A stretch of 64,000 bases of DNA from Gemmatimonadales bacterium. GTDB taxonomy: Bacteria; Gemmatimonadota; Gemmatimonadetes; Gemmatimonadales; GWC2-71-9. Positions 50,802 through 58,825 of the stretch are shown here, one piece after another. Position numbers and translations under genes: made by a program. The DNA is taken from NCBI GenBank assembly GCA_035577025.1, contig DATLVU010000003.1, positions 2,433-66,432 of the forward strand. Reading direction: 5' to 3'. Under the pieces are notes generated by a model. The model worked only from the letters and a program-made list of their open reading frames with translations, was not told the DNA's origin and made no database searches. How positions within the stretch are numbered: position 1 is the stretch's first letter; each line of letters starts with the position of its first letter.

Positions 50802-51733
50802 TCGCCTCCTCTCCGCTGCTGGCATCGCCCTCCCGACGGCGCTGGCTTCGGGGCGTCCAGGTCCTCGTCACGCTCGTCGTCGTCGGATTCGTTGCCCGAT
50901 CGATCGCGCGCAACTGGACGGAATTCCAGTCGGTCCACATCGCGCTACAACTTTCGCCCGTCTGGATCGGGAGCTCCGCGCTGCTGGTCTTCGGGACCTA
51001 CCTGATGCAGATCGAGTCGTGGCGTCGCATCCTCGCGGGCTGGGGCCAGCGGCTCCCCATCCGCGCTGCCGCTCGAGCCTGGAGCCTCGCCAATCTGGGG
51101 CGGTATGTGCCCGGAAAGGTGTGGAGCGTGGCCGGGTTGGTGGTCCTCGCAGAACGAGCCGGTGTCCAGCGTGGCCCCGCCGCGGCGTCCGCCGTCGTCA
51201 TCCAGGCCGTGTCCGTGGGGACCGCAGTGGCCGTGGTCGCCGCGGCGACGCCGCACAGCGCCCCACCGGCACGCCTCGCCCTGGCCGGACTTGCCGCCGT
51301 TGCGACCATCGCGGTCCTGGTGTGGCGACCGACGGCCGCGTGGCTCAGCCGACTGGTGGGCGAAGGCAACGGCCTGGAGCCCCTCCACCTGCCCGCCGTC
51401 CTAGCAGCGTGTGCCCTCACCGTGCTCACATGGATCACGTATGGCGTCGCGTTCTGGATGCTCACGCGGGGGTTGATTCCCGGGGCGACTCTCCCGGTCG
51501 CCACCGCCATCGGCGCATTCACGCTGGGCTACATTCTTGGCCTGTTGGCCCTGTTCGCACCCGGTGGGGTCGGGGTACGCGAGCTGGTGCTCGTCGGCGT
51601 GCTCACCCCGTTCCTGGGAAGCGGTGGCGCCATCGCAATCAGCGTTGCATCGCGCGTCTTCCTGACTTTGACCGAGGCGACGTCCGCCCTCGTCACCTTC
51701 CCGTTCGCGCACCGCTCACAGGAGTCGGCCTAA
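50756..51733 (+). CDS. UPF0104 / LPG-synthase-TM-like (flippase-like) integral membrane protein
   Basis: Multi-TM protein with LANLGRYVPGKVWSVAGLVVLAERAGV, typical of the family. The start is uncertain (GTG 50756 or TTG 50717) and either choice overlaps the methyltransferase 3' end. Confidence 0.65.
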   Translation: MAVGAVHCIQVREVLIASSPLLASPSRRRWLRGVQVLVTLVVVGFVARSIARNWTEFQSVHIALQLSPVWIGSSALLVFGTYLMQIESWRRILAGWGQRLPIRAAARAWSLANLGRYVPGKVWSVAGLVVLAERAGVQRGPAAASAVVIQAVSVGTAVAVVAAATPHSAPPARLALAGLAAVATIAVLVWRPTAAWLSRLVGEGNGLEPLHLPAVLAACALTVLTWITYGVAFWMLTRGLIPGATLPVATAIGAFTLGYILGLLALFAPGGVGVRELVLVGVLTPFLGSGGAIAISVASRVFLTLTEATSALVTFPFAHRSQESA

Positions 51734-51734
51734 G

Positions 51735-54134
51735 ATGCCGAATGTCGTCCCTCCCACCGCCGAGGCGGCGGTCTCCTCGATGAGCGCGACGCCGCGCTTC
51801 GAGCCGCGGCGGCCGAAGCTTTGGGCCACGCTGGCATTGGCGATCTGGCCAGTGCTCTTGTCGATACCCATGCTCGCGGGGCGCTGGCTCGCGAGTCCTT
51901 GGAGCGACCAATTGATCTCGGGGGTCCCGTTCCAGACGTGGAGCGCCGAGTGGTTCGAGCGCAGCGGGCAGCTTCCCCTCTGGAACCCGGAGATCTTCGG
52001 CGGACTGCCGTTCATCGCAGCCGGGAGCGGCGACATCTTTTACCCGACGTGGTTGCTTCGCTTTGTCGTCCCCGCGACCACCGCCGGCAACCTGAGCTTC
52101 TTCGTCCACTACATTCTCGCCGGCCTGTTCACCTACCTGCTGCTCCGACGCCTGCAGGTGGGCTGGATCGGCTCCGTCATCGGCGGGCTGGCCTACGAGC
52201 TGTCAGGACTGATTGCCTCGTATCCGTCGCCGGGGCACGACGGCAAGCTGTTCGCCTCCACGATGCTGCCGCTCATGCTGCTCGCGCTGGTGCTGGCGCT
52301 GCGCGATCGACGCTGGGAAGGCTATCCGCTCCTTGGCGTGGCGACGGCGCTCACCTTGCTCGGTCACTTCCAATTGGCGTACTACTCGCTCATCGTTGCG
52401 GGTCTGTTCGCCCTGTACCTCACACTCGAAGAGGCCGGAGCGAGCAGGGGAGGGGAGCGCGTGCTCCGGCTCGGCGGGGCGCTGGCGGCGGTGTTGATCG
52501 GATTCGGGGTCGCCGCGATCCAGATTCTGCCGTTCTTCGAGTACATACCATTCTCGCCCCGCGCCCAGGGGTTTCACGGGTTCGAAGGGTCGACGTCCTA
52601 CGCAATCCCGTGGTCTCACGTGCCTGAGTTCTTTCTCAAGAACTTCGTTGGCTGGACGCCTCTGGGGACGTACTGGGGCGCCAACCCGATCAAGCTGCAC
52701 TCGGAGTATCTCGGCCTGCCGGTGATCGCGCTCGCCGGGTTCGGCGCGCTCGTGCGCGAGCGGCGCCGTTTCGTGCTGTGGGTGGGTGGCATCGGGCTCC
52801 TCTTCCTGCTGATCAGCCTCGGCGCCGGGACGCCATTCTATCAATTGTGGTGGGCCGTCATGCCGTTGGTGAAGAAGACCCGGGCGCCCGGCATGGCGTT
52901 TTACGTAGTCGCGCTCGTCACGGCCCTGCTGGCGGGACTCGGCGTCGACCGACTGCTCACCACCTCCAGTCACCGCCGCGCGATGACCGTGACGTTGATC
53001 GTCGGCGCCGTCGTCACATTGCTCGGGATCACCGGCGCATTCGGCCAGCTCGCCGAGGGGCTCGCGTCGGGCATTCAGGCCGCCACGGGACGGAACGCCG
53101 TCGGCGCCGCCGTCGCCGATGGGCCGGCGATCCTGTGGGGCGGGGCGACGAGCGGGCTCGCCCTGGCCGCCGTCGCGGCGCTCCTGGGCTATGGGAGGGA
53201 CCGCTTCACACCACGGTTACTCGCCCTCGCGCTGATCCTGATTGTTGGCACGGATCTCTGGCTCAATGCGCGCACCTTCTGGCATTACACGAAGCCGCTC
53301 GGGCGCGACCCGCTCGTCGACCACATCACGGCGACGCCGGTGCCGTACCGCGTGATCGATCTCGGTCCCGCCTATCGGGGCTCCGTGCTCGGGACCTTCG
53401 ACATCCCTCAGGTCCTGGGGTACCACGGCAACGAGCTCCGCTATTATGACGAGCTGCTCGGCGGGCAGGGTGAGTGGCGAAACATCGGGTTCCTGCCATT
53501 GTGGGATCTGCTGGCGGTACGCTACGCCATCGCCCCGGCGGAAGCGAAGGGGATCGATTCCATTCCCGGTTACCGCCGGGTGCTCGACACCGTGCCGATC
53601 GCGAACGGCGATGCGGGACGCGCCCGCCTGTTCGAGCGCGTCGCGCCCACGCTGTACGCGCGGGTGGTGCCAGGAGCCGTTAAGGCGGACTCGGCCGCGA
53701 TCATCCCGACCGTCGTTGACCCGCGCATGGACTACTCGCGGATCGTGTTGTTCAGTAACGATCAGCCGGTCGCGCCCGAACCGCTCAAGCAAATGCCTCC
53801 GCCCAGTCCCGCCCGGGCCGCCGTCACCGCCTGGCAGCCCGGGCGAATGACGGTCAGCCTCGATCCGCCGCCCCCGCAAGCCAGCTACCTGCTGATCGCC
53901 GAAAACTGGTATCCGGACTGGCGGGCCGCCGTCGACGGCCGCCCGGCTCCTGTGCTGCGCGGCGACTACACCTTCATAACGGTCGCCGTGCCCGCCGGGA
54001 CTAAGGTTGTGGAGCTCACGTTTCGCTCCGAGCTGTATGAGCGGGGCAAACTGATCACCATCGTGTCCCTGGTAGTGTTGCTTCTCGGGCTTCTGGTGAC
54101 GGTCGCCCGCCGCATGCGCAACCCGCATGGGTGA
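51735..54134 (+). CDS. YfhO-family GT-C-type membrane glycosyltransferase
   Basis: 799 aa with about 12 N-terminal TM helices plus a C-terminal TM. N-terminal block LWNPEIFGGLPFIAAGSGDIFYP...GLAYELSG resembles YfhO. Confidence 0.65.
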   Translation: MPNVVPPTAEAAVSSMSATPRFEPRRPKLWATLALAIWPVLLSIPMLAGRWLASPWSDQLISGVPFQTWSAEWFERSGQLPLWNPEIFGGLPFIAAGSGDIFYPTWLLRFVVPATTAGNLSFFVHYILAGLFTYLLLRRLQVGWIGSVIGGLAYELSGLIASYPSPGHDGKLFASTMLPLMLLALVLALRDRRWEGYPLLGVATALTLLGHFQLAYYSLIVAGLFALYLTLEEAGASRGGERVLRLGGALAAVLIGFGVAAIQILPFFEYIPFSPRAQGFHGFEGSTSYAIPWSHVPEFFLKNFVGWTPLGTYWGANPIKLHSEYLGLPVIALAGFGALVRERRRFVLWVGGIGLLFLLISLGAGTPFYQLWWAVMPLVKKTRAPGMAFYVVALVTALLAGLGVDRLLTTSSHRRAMTVTLIVGAVVTLLGITGAFGQLAEGLASGIQAATGRNAVGAAVADGPAILWGGATSGLALAAVAALLGYGRDRFTPRLLALALILIVGTDLWLNARTFWHYTKPLGRDPLVDHITATPVPYRVIDLGPAYRGSVLGTFDIPQVLGYHGNELRYYDELLGGQGEWRNIGFLPLWDLLAVRYAIAPAEAKGIDSIPGYRRVLDTVPIANGDAGRARLFERVAPTLYARVVPGAVKADSAAIIPTVVDPRMDYSRIVLFSNDQPVAPEPLKQMPPPSPARAAVTAWQPGRMTVSLDPPPPQASYLLIAENWYPDWRAAVDGRPAPVLRGDYTFITVAVPAGTKVVELTFRSELYERGKLITIVSLVVLLLGLLVTVARRMRNPHG

Positions 54135-54849
54135 ACGAGCCCTGGTCGTGGTTCCCACGTACAACGAAGTGGGGAACCTTTCACACCTGGTCCCGCAAGT
54201 CCTCGCCCAGGATGCCCGCCTCGAGATCCTGATCGTCGACGACAACTCGCCGGATGGCACAGGACACCTGGCCGAGGCGCTGGCCGCCAAGGAGCCCCGG
54301 CTCCACGTCCTCCATCGGGAGGGCAAGCAGGGCCTCGGGACCGCCTATCTCACCGGGTTTCGCTGGGCCCTGGAGAAGGGGTATGACTATGTGTTCGAAA
54401 TGGATGCCGACTTTTCGCATGACCCGGCTCACCTAAAGGAGTTTCTCAGCACGATTTGCCAGGCCGACCTGGTGCTCGGCTCCCGGTACCTCAATGGAAA
54501 GGTGACGGTCGTCAACTGGCCGATGGGGCGTCTGGTGCTATCGTATTGTGCCAATATTTACGCCCGTTGGCTCACCGGGCTCCGGATCTGGGACCTGACG
54601 GGGGGGTTCAAGTGCTTTCGCAGGTCCGTGCTCGAAGCGATCGACCTGTCACGGGTCCGCTCGAACGGGTACGCTTTTCAGATTGAAATGAGTGTGAGAG
54701 CATGGCGCAAAGGGTTCACGCTGAAGGAAATCCCGATCGTGTTCGTCGATCGAACCGAGGGGCAAAGCAAGATGAATCGGGCGATCGTCCGGGAAGCGGT
54801 GTGGATGGTGCCGCGGCTCAGGCTGATGGCCTGGTTCGGCCGCATCTAG
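54127..54849 (+). CDS. Polyprenol-phosphate mannosyltransferase-like GT2 (Dpm1/Ppm1 catalytic type, soluble)
   Basis: VVVPTYNEVGNL, IVDDNSPDGT and FEMDADFSHDP motifs. 240 aa with no TM. ATG overlaps the YfhO-like gene end. Confidence 0.88.
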   Translation: MGERALVVVPTYNEVGNLSHLVPQVLAQDARLEILIVDDNSPDGTGHLAEALAAKEPRLHVLHREGKQGLGTAYLTGFRWALEKGYDYVFEMDADFSHDPAHLKEFLSTICQADLVLGSRYLNGKVTVVNWPMGRLVLSYCANIYARWLTGLRIWDLTGGFKCFRRSVLEAIDLSRVRSNGYAFQIEMSVRAWRKGFTLKEIPIVFVDRTEGQSKMNRAIVREAVWMVPRLRLMAWFGRI

Positions 54850-54869
54850 TCGGGACGACGATCTACAAG

Positions 54870-55676
54870 ATGACGGGGTCGGGAAACGACTTCGTCATGG
54901 TCGACGCCCGGCACACGCCCCCCGGCGATTGGTCGCCTCAGGACATCCGGGCCGTGTGCGCCCGCGGGACGGGCGTCGGGGCCGACGGCCTCGTGTTCGT
55001 CGGGCCTGGATCCCGCGCGGACTCCGTGCGGATGATCTACTTCAACTCCGACGGCTCACGGGCCGCGATGTGCGGCAACGCCGCCCTGTGCAGTACTCGC
55101 CTCGCCGCCCGCCTCGGCCTCGCGCCCGCGACGCAGATGATCCTCGAAACCGATGCCGGCACGTACGACAGTCGCTGCGACGGACAGAGCGACGGTACGC
55201 GTGCCGAGCTGCATCTCGCGCCGGTCAAGACACCCGCGCCCGTGAAAGGGCTCGGCATCGCGACGGGCGAGCGGCAGGCGGTGCTCGGGACGGTCGGTGT
55301 GCCACACCTGGTGGTGCTCGTGGAAGACGTGGACCTGGTGGACGTCCTCACGCGGGGCAAGGCGCTCCGGTCCGACCCGGCACTCGGTCCAGCCGGCGCC
55401 AACGTCAACTTCGTCTCCGGCGGGGGCCGTAGTTCGGAGTGGCGCATGCGCACCTACGAGCGCGGCATCGAAGACGAGACGTTGGCGTGTGGCACCGGTG
55501 CGGTCGCTGCGGCATGCGCGCTCGCGGAATGGGGCCTGGCGCAGCCGCCCCTCTCGTTCTGGACCCGGTCCGGTCGGCGCCTGGAGGTGCGGGCGAGGCG
55601 AGTCTCGGCGGATCTTTATGACGATGTCTGGCTCGACGGGGAGGCTCGGCTGGTGGTTCGCGGTGTGATTAACTGA
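54870..55676 (+). CDS. dapF: Diaminopimelate epimerase
   Basis: GSGNDFVMVD and catalytic Cys contexts AAMCGNAALC and LACGTGAVA. ATG 54870 removes the usual first strand (TIYK), and no canonical start lies upstream after the preceding stop, so the start is uncertain. Confidence 0.85.
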   Translation: MTGSGNDFVMVDARHTPPGDWSPQDIRAVCARGTGVGADGLVFVGPGSRADSVRMIYFNSDGSRAAMCGNAALCSTRLAARLGLAPATQMILETDAGTYDSRCDGQSDGTRAELHLAPVKTPAPVKGLGIATGERQAVLGTVGVPHLVVLVEDVDLVDVLTRGKALRSDPALGPAGANVNFVSGGGRSSEWRMRTYERGIEDETLACGTGAVAAACALAEWGLAQPPLSFWTRSGRRLEVRARRVSADLYDDVWLDGEARLVVRGVIN

Positions 55677-55743
55677 GGTGCTTCTCCACATTTGTGTTGG
55701 CCTGTACTTAACATAACATATCTTATACGAAGTACGGGAGCAC

Positions 55744-55764
55744 AAAAAGGGGCTACTTTGCCCC
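55744..55764 (-). terminator. Rho-independent terminator of the minus-strand TPR gene
   Basis: On the minus strand this reads GGGGC-AAAGTA-GCCCC followed by TTTTTG. The TAG stop lies in the loop. Confidence 0.6.
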
Positions 55765-56418
55765 ACTCGACACCCCCCTCGTCAGCTCACCGATCCTCAC
55801 CTTCGCCTCCCCGACGGCGCTCGTCGAGTCCAGCTTCTGCGCAATGGTTCGGTACGCCGCCAGGGCCCTCGCCGTATCACCAGCTGCCACCCAGGCCCGC
55901 CCCGCGTCCGAAAGGAATTGCGCCCGGAGGAACGGGTACTCGGCCTCGTCCGCCGCAGACTGGTACGCCGCGGCCGCGTCCTTGGGCCGCGCGGCGTTCT
56001 CGAATGCCGCGCCGAGCAGGCCGTACGCTTGGGACTGGAACTGCCTGTCCGCCTTGGGGGCGTACCGCTGCAGCACGTCGATCGCCTGCTGAGTCTGGCC
56101 CTGCGCGAGCCGCACTTGAGCCAGGAGGACGATCCCTTCATCAGCCGCCCGGGTTCCCGAGTAGTTCTCCACGACCTGGGATAGCACGCTCGCCGCGAAG
56201 GGATAGTTCTTCGTGTCGAGCGCGAGACGGCCTTGCTCGAGCTGCCGGCTGGCGCTCGCCTCCGCTGTTTTCGACGACAGCACACTCCACCCGAACAGTC
56301 CGGCGGCGATAATAAGTATCACGCCCGCCCACGCCGACCACTTCTTGTGGGCCTTGAGCCATTCCGCCACCCCTGCCAACGCGCTCGGATCGTCTGCCGC
56401 TGTTACTGTCGTAGCCAT
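55753..56418 (-). CDS. Membrane-anchored TPR-like protein (YfgM-like architecture)
   Basis: Start at ATG 56418 with GGAG upstream. One N-terminal TM (WAGVILIIAAGLFGW) followed by Ala-rich TPR-like helices. The track ORF's extra 31 codons come from the hairpin repeat. Confidence 0.7.
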   Translation of the reverse strand: MATTVTAADDPSALAGVAEWLKAHKKWSAWAGVILIIAAGLFGWSVLSSKTAEASASRQLEQGRLALDTKNYPFAASVLSQVVENYSGTRAADEGIVLLAQVRLAQGQTQQAIDVLQRYAPKADRQFQSQAYGLLGAAFENAARPKDAAAAYQSAADEAEYPFLRAQFLSDAGRAWVAAGDTARALAAYRTIAQKLDSTSAVGEAKVRIGELTRGVSSGAK

Positions 56419-56520
56419 GCCCACTCCGTTGGAAGGTTCGGGAGGTTGGGAAGGTTCGGGAGCTTTGGGGAGGTCCCTTCCGAACCTCCCCAACCTCATC
56501 AACCTCCCCAACCTGCTTCT
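56419..56520. repeat. Imperfect hairpin built from 9-nt tandem repeats (AGGTT-type units / AACCT complement)
   Basis: AGGTT at 56434, 56443 and 56452 (variants at 56461 and 56471). AACCT at 56483, 56492, 56501 and 56510. Inner stem GGGGAGGT (56467-74) pairs with ACCTCCCC (56484-91). The element lies between tRNA-Arg and the TPR gene start. Confidence 0.75.
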
Positions 56521-56526
56521 CAGTCG

Positions 56527-56600
56527 TGCCCCTGGGGTGACTCGAACACCCGGCCAACGGTTTAGGAAACCGCTGCTCTATCCACCTGAGCTACAGGGGC
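56527..56600 (-). tRNA. tRNA-Arg (anticodon CCT)
   Basis: 74-nt cloverleaf folded by hand. Acceptor GCCCCTG/CAGGGGC, D stem GCTC/GAGC, anticodon stem GCGGT/ACCGT with loop TTCCTAA, and T arm GGGTG-TTCGAGT-CACCC. Discriminator A. CCA is not encoded. Confidence 0.9.
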
Positions 56601-56624
56601 GCTAAGCCTAGTAATGTACGGGGC

Positions 56625-57176
56625 TTACGCGTAGTGCAGCAAGGCCTCGATTCGCTCGCCGTGAAGGCGCTCTCGCCCCTTGAGAAAGTCGAGCTCGATG
56701 AGAAACGTGAACCCCACGACCTGCGCTCCATGGTTGCGCACAAGTTTCGCGGCCGCCTGAGCCGTCCCGCCGGTCGCGAGCACATCATCGACGATGAGCA
56801 CTCGGTCACGGCCGCTCACCGCGTCCTGATGCATTTCGAGCGCGTCAGTGCCGTACTCCAACGCGTACTCGACGCGTCCCCGCGCCGCCGGCAACTTGCC
56901 CGGCTTCCGGATCGGTACGAGGCCCGCCTCGATCGCCAGGGCGATCGGCGCACCCAGGAGAAACCCTCGAGACTCGATCGAGACGACCCGCGTCACACCG
57001 GCAGCACGGAACGGCGCCGCCATGAGATCGATCGCGCTCCGAAATAGCAGCGCGTTCAGGAGGAGCGGCGTGATATCCTTGAAGAGAATCCCGGGCTTCG
57101 GAAAGTCGGGAACGTCCCGGATGCTCGCGTAGATGTCGCGGACCGCCGTCGCCTCGTTCACCGGTGCCTTCTCCAA
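56625..57176 (-). CDS. apt: Adenine phosphoribosyltransferase
   Basis: PRPP-binding motif VLIVDDVLATGGT and DFPKPGILFKDITP. TTG start directly after the acyP stop (alternative GTG 57161). Confidence 0.93.
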   Translation of the reverse strand: MEKAPVNEATAVRDIYASIRDVPDFPKPGILFKDITPLLLNALLFRSAIDLMAAPFRAAGVTRVVSIESRGFLLGAPIALAIEAGLVPIRKPGKLPAARGRVEYALEYGTDALEMHQDAVSGRDRVLIVDDVLATGGTAQAAAKLVRNHGAQVVGFTFLIELDFLKGRERLHGERIEALLHYA

Positions 57177-57449
57177 CTACCTGATCTCAAAGTTGTTGGA
57201 CAATGTCTCTTCATGTGGAAACTCACTTGCGTCCACACGCTCGACACGCGCCATGGCAGGACCGCGAGCGAGGACCTGCGCAAGCTCATGCAACGCCGAT
57301 TCCGGCCCCGCCGCCACCACCTCTACCGAGCCGTCGCGCAGGTTGCGGGCAAAGCCGCGCAGCCGCAGCGCCTCGGCCTTCCGTCCGACGAACCAGCGGA
57401 ATCCCACTCCCTGAACCCGGCCGTGCACGAGAAAGCGCTTGGCCGCCAT
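57177..57449 (-). CDS. acyP: Acylphosphatase
   Basis: 90 aa with the signature VHGRVQGVGFR. Confidence 0.92.
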   Translation of the reverse strand: MAAKRFLVHGRVQGVGFRWFVGRKAEALRLRGFARNLRDGSVEVVAAGPESALHELAQVLARGPAMARVERVDASEFPHEETLSNNFEIR

Positions 57450-57456
57450 CGTGGAC

Positions 57457-58131
57457 CTATTCCTGGCGACTCTGTGCAGCCCCTGCCGCCCCCGCCGCCC
57501 TGGCCCGCCGGCGGTGCCACCAGATATAGCCCGCGGTGATCACCGCCAGGATGGGCAACAGGAGTAAGATGGCACGCCCGGCGTACCTCTGTGCTTCGCG
57601 GTTCAGGACCTCGAGGATCACGTCCTCGCGGCTCCCGATGAACCAGCCGATGCCCGTAAGAATGCTGCACCACAGGAGCGCGCCGAGCCCGGTGAACACG
57701 ACGAACCGGCCCAGGCGCATCCTCGCGATGCCCGCCGGGATGGAGATGAGGTGCCGCACCACGGGGAGCATGCGCCCGAGGAACGTGCTGATTTCTCCAT
57801 GAGCGGCGAAGTACCGCTCCGATCGATCCAGCCCCTTTTCCGTAATGAGCACGTATCTCCCCAGGCGCAGGAAAAACGCGCGGCCCAGCCAACGCGCGAG
57901 CCCATAGTTAGCCAGCGCGCCGAGGATGCTCCCCAGGACGCCGCAGGCCACCGCTACGGCCAGGTTCATCTCTCCCTTGGCGGCGAGGTAGCCAGCGGGG
58001 GGCATGACCAACTCGCTCGGCAGGGGCAGGATCGACGACTCCACGGCCATGAGGGCGATGATCCCCGGGTATCCCATCCCGCGGAACAGGCTCAGCAGCC
58101 AGCTGACGAACGACTCAAGCATCGAATCCAT
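57457..58131 (-). CDS. DedA family membrane protein (second paralogue)
   Basis: Start at ATG 58131 (MDSMLESF...). DedA motif ALMAVESSILPLPSELVMPPAGY and GRMLPVVRHLISIPAG. Overlaps the pcm 3' end by 17 nt. Confidence 0.85.
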   Translation of the reverse strand: MDSMLESFVSWLLSLFRGMGYPGIIALMAVESSILPLPSELVMPPAGYLAAKGEMNLAVAVACGVLGSILGALANYGLARWLGRAFFLRLGRYVLITEKGLDRSERYFAAHGEISTFLGRMLPVVRHLISIPAGIARMRLGRFVVFTGLGALLWCSILTGIGWFIGSREDVILEVLNREAQRYAGRAILLLLPILAVITAGYIWWHRRRARAAGAAGAAQSRQE

Positions 58132-58825
58132 GCTCTCCGACCAGGGGGACGAATCGGGCCGCCCCGAGGGGCGTGTAGCGGAGCTCGGGCGCGGTTGGCC
58201 CAGCGTCGCGCTGGACCAGCGTGAGGACCTGGGCACCCCGCTTCCCCAACGGAATGAGGAGCCGGCCGTCCGGCGCCAGCTGCTCCACGAGCGGCGGAGG
58301 CACCTCGGGACCGCCCGCGGCGACGAGGATGGCGTCGTAGGGCGCGTATGCGCTCCACCCCAGGGTGCCGTCGCCGAGGAGCACCGACGCATTGGCAACC
58401 CCCGCCTCCCGCAACGCCCGTTGGGCCGACACGGCAAGCTTTTCCACGCGCTCCACCGAGAAGACCGTGTCCGCCAGCGCTCCCAGGAGCGCCGTCTGGT
58501 ACCCCGACCCTGTACCGATCTCGAGGACGCGCTCCGTTCCCCTCAACCGCAACGCCTCGAGGTACCGAGCCTGCATGAAGGGCTGCGAAATCGTCTGACC
58601 ATTGCCGATGGGCAGCGCCGTGTCGTCGTACGCGCGGTGCCGAACCGCCGGGGGCACGAACAGATGTCGCGGGGTTTCGGCGAAGGCCTTGAGCACGGCG
58701 AGGTCGCGGATGCCGCGATGCCGCAGCGTCTCGACCAACCGCACGCGGTATCCGGCGTAAGTGTCCGCGGGCCCCCCCCCCGCTCCCGCCGCCCCCCCCG
58801 CCCCGATCAGTCGCCGGCGAGCCAC
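58115..58825 (-). CDS. pcm: Protein-L-isoaspartate O-methyltransferase
   Basis: QTISQP and SAM motif VLEIGTGSGYQTA. The longest start at 58825 gives a Gly/Ala-rich N-terminus encoded by C10/C8 tracts. Alternative GTG 58744 (MRLVETLRHRGI...). Confidence 0.9.
   Translation of the reverse strand: MARRRLIGAGGAAGAGGGPADTYAGYRVRLVETLRHRGIRDLAVLKAFAETPRHLFVPPAVRHRAYDDTALPIGNGQTISQPFMQARYLEALRLRGTERVLEIGTGSGYQTALLGALADTVFSVERVEKLAVSAQRALREAGVANASVLLGDGTLGWSAYAPYDAILVAAGGPEVPPPLVEQLAPDGRLLIPLGKRGAQVLTLVQRDAGPTAPELRYTPLGAARFVPLVGEHGFDA

Noticed and set aside
56527-56600. The idea that tRNA-Arg marks the edge of an integrated genomic island containing the glycosylation cluster, with xerD (30571) as its integrase.
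   Set aside because: Housekeeping dapF and the TPR gene lie between the tRNA and the cluster. I saw no direct repeat of the tRNA 3' end and no obvious composition shift. The recombinase has the XerC/D-type C-terminus and sits 25 kb away among core genes. No phage or transposase genes are present.
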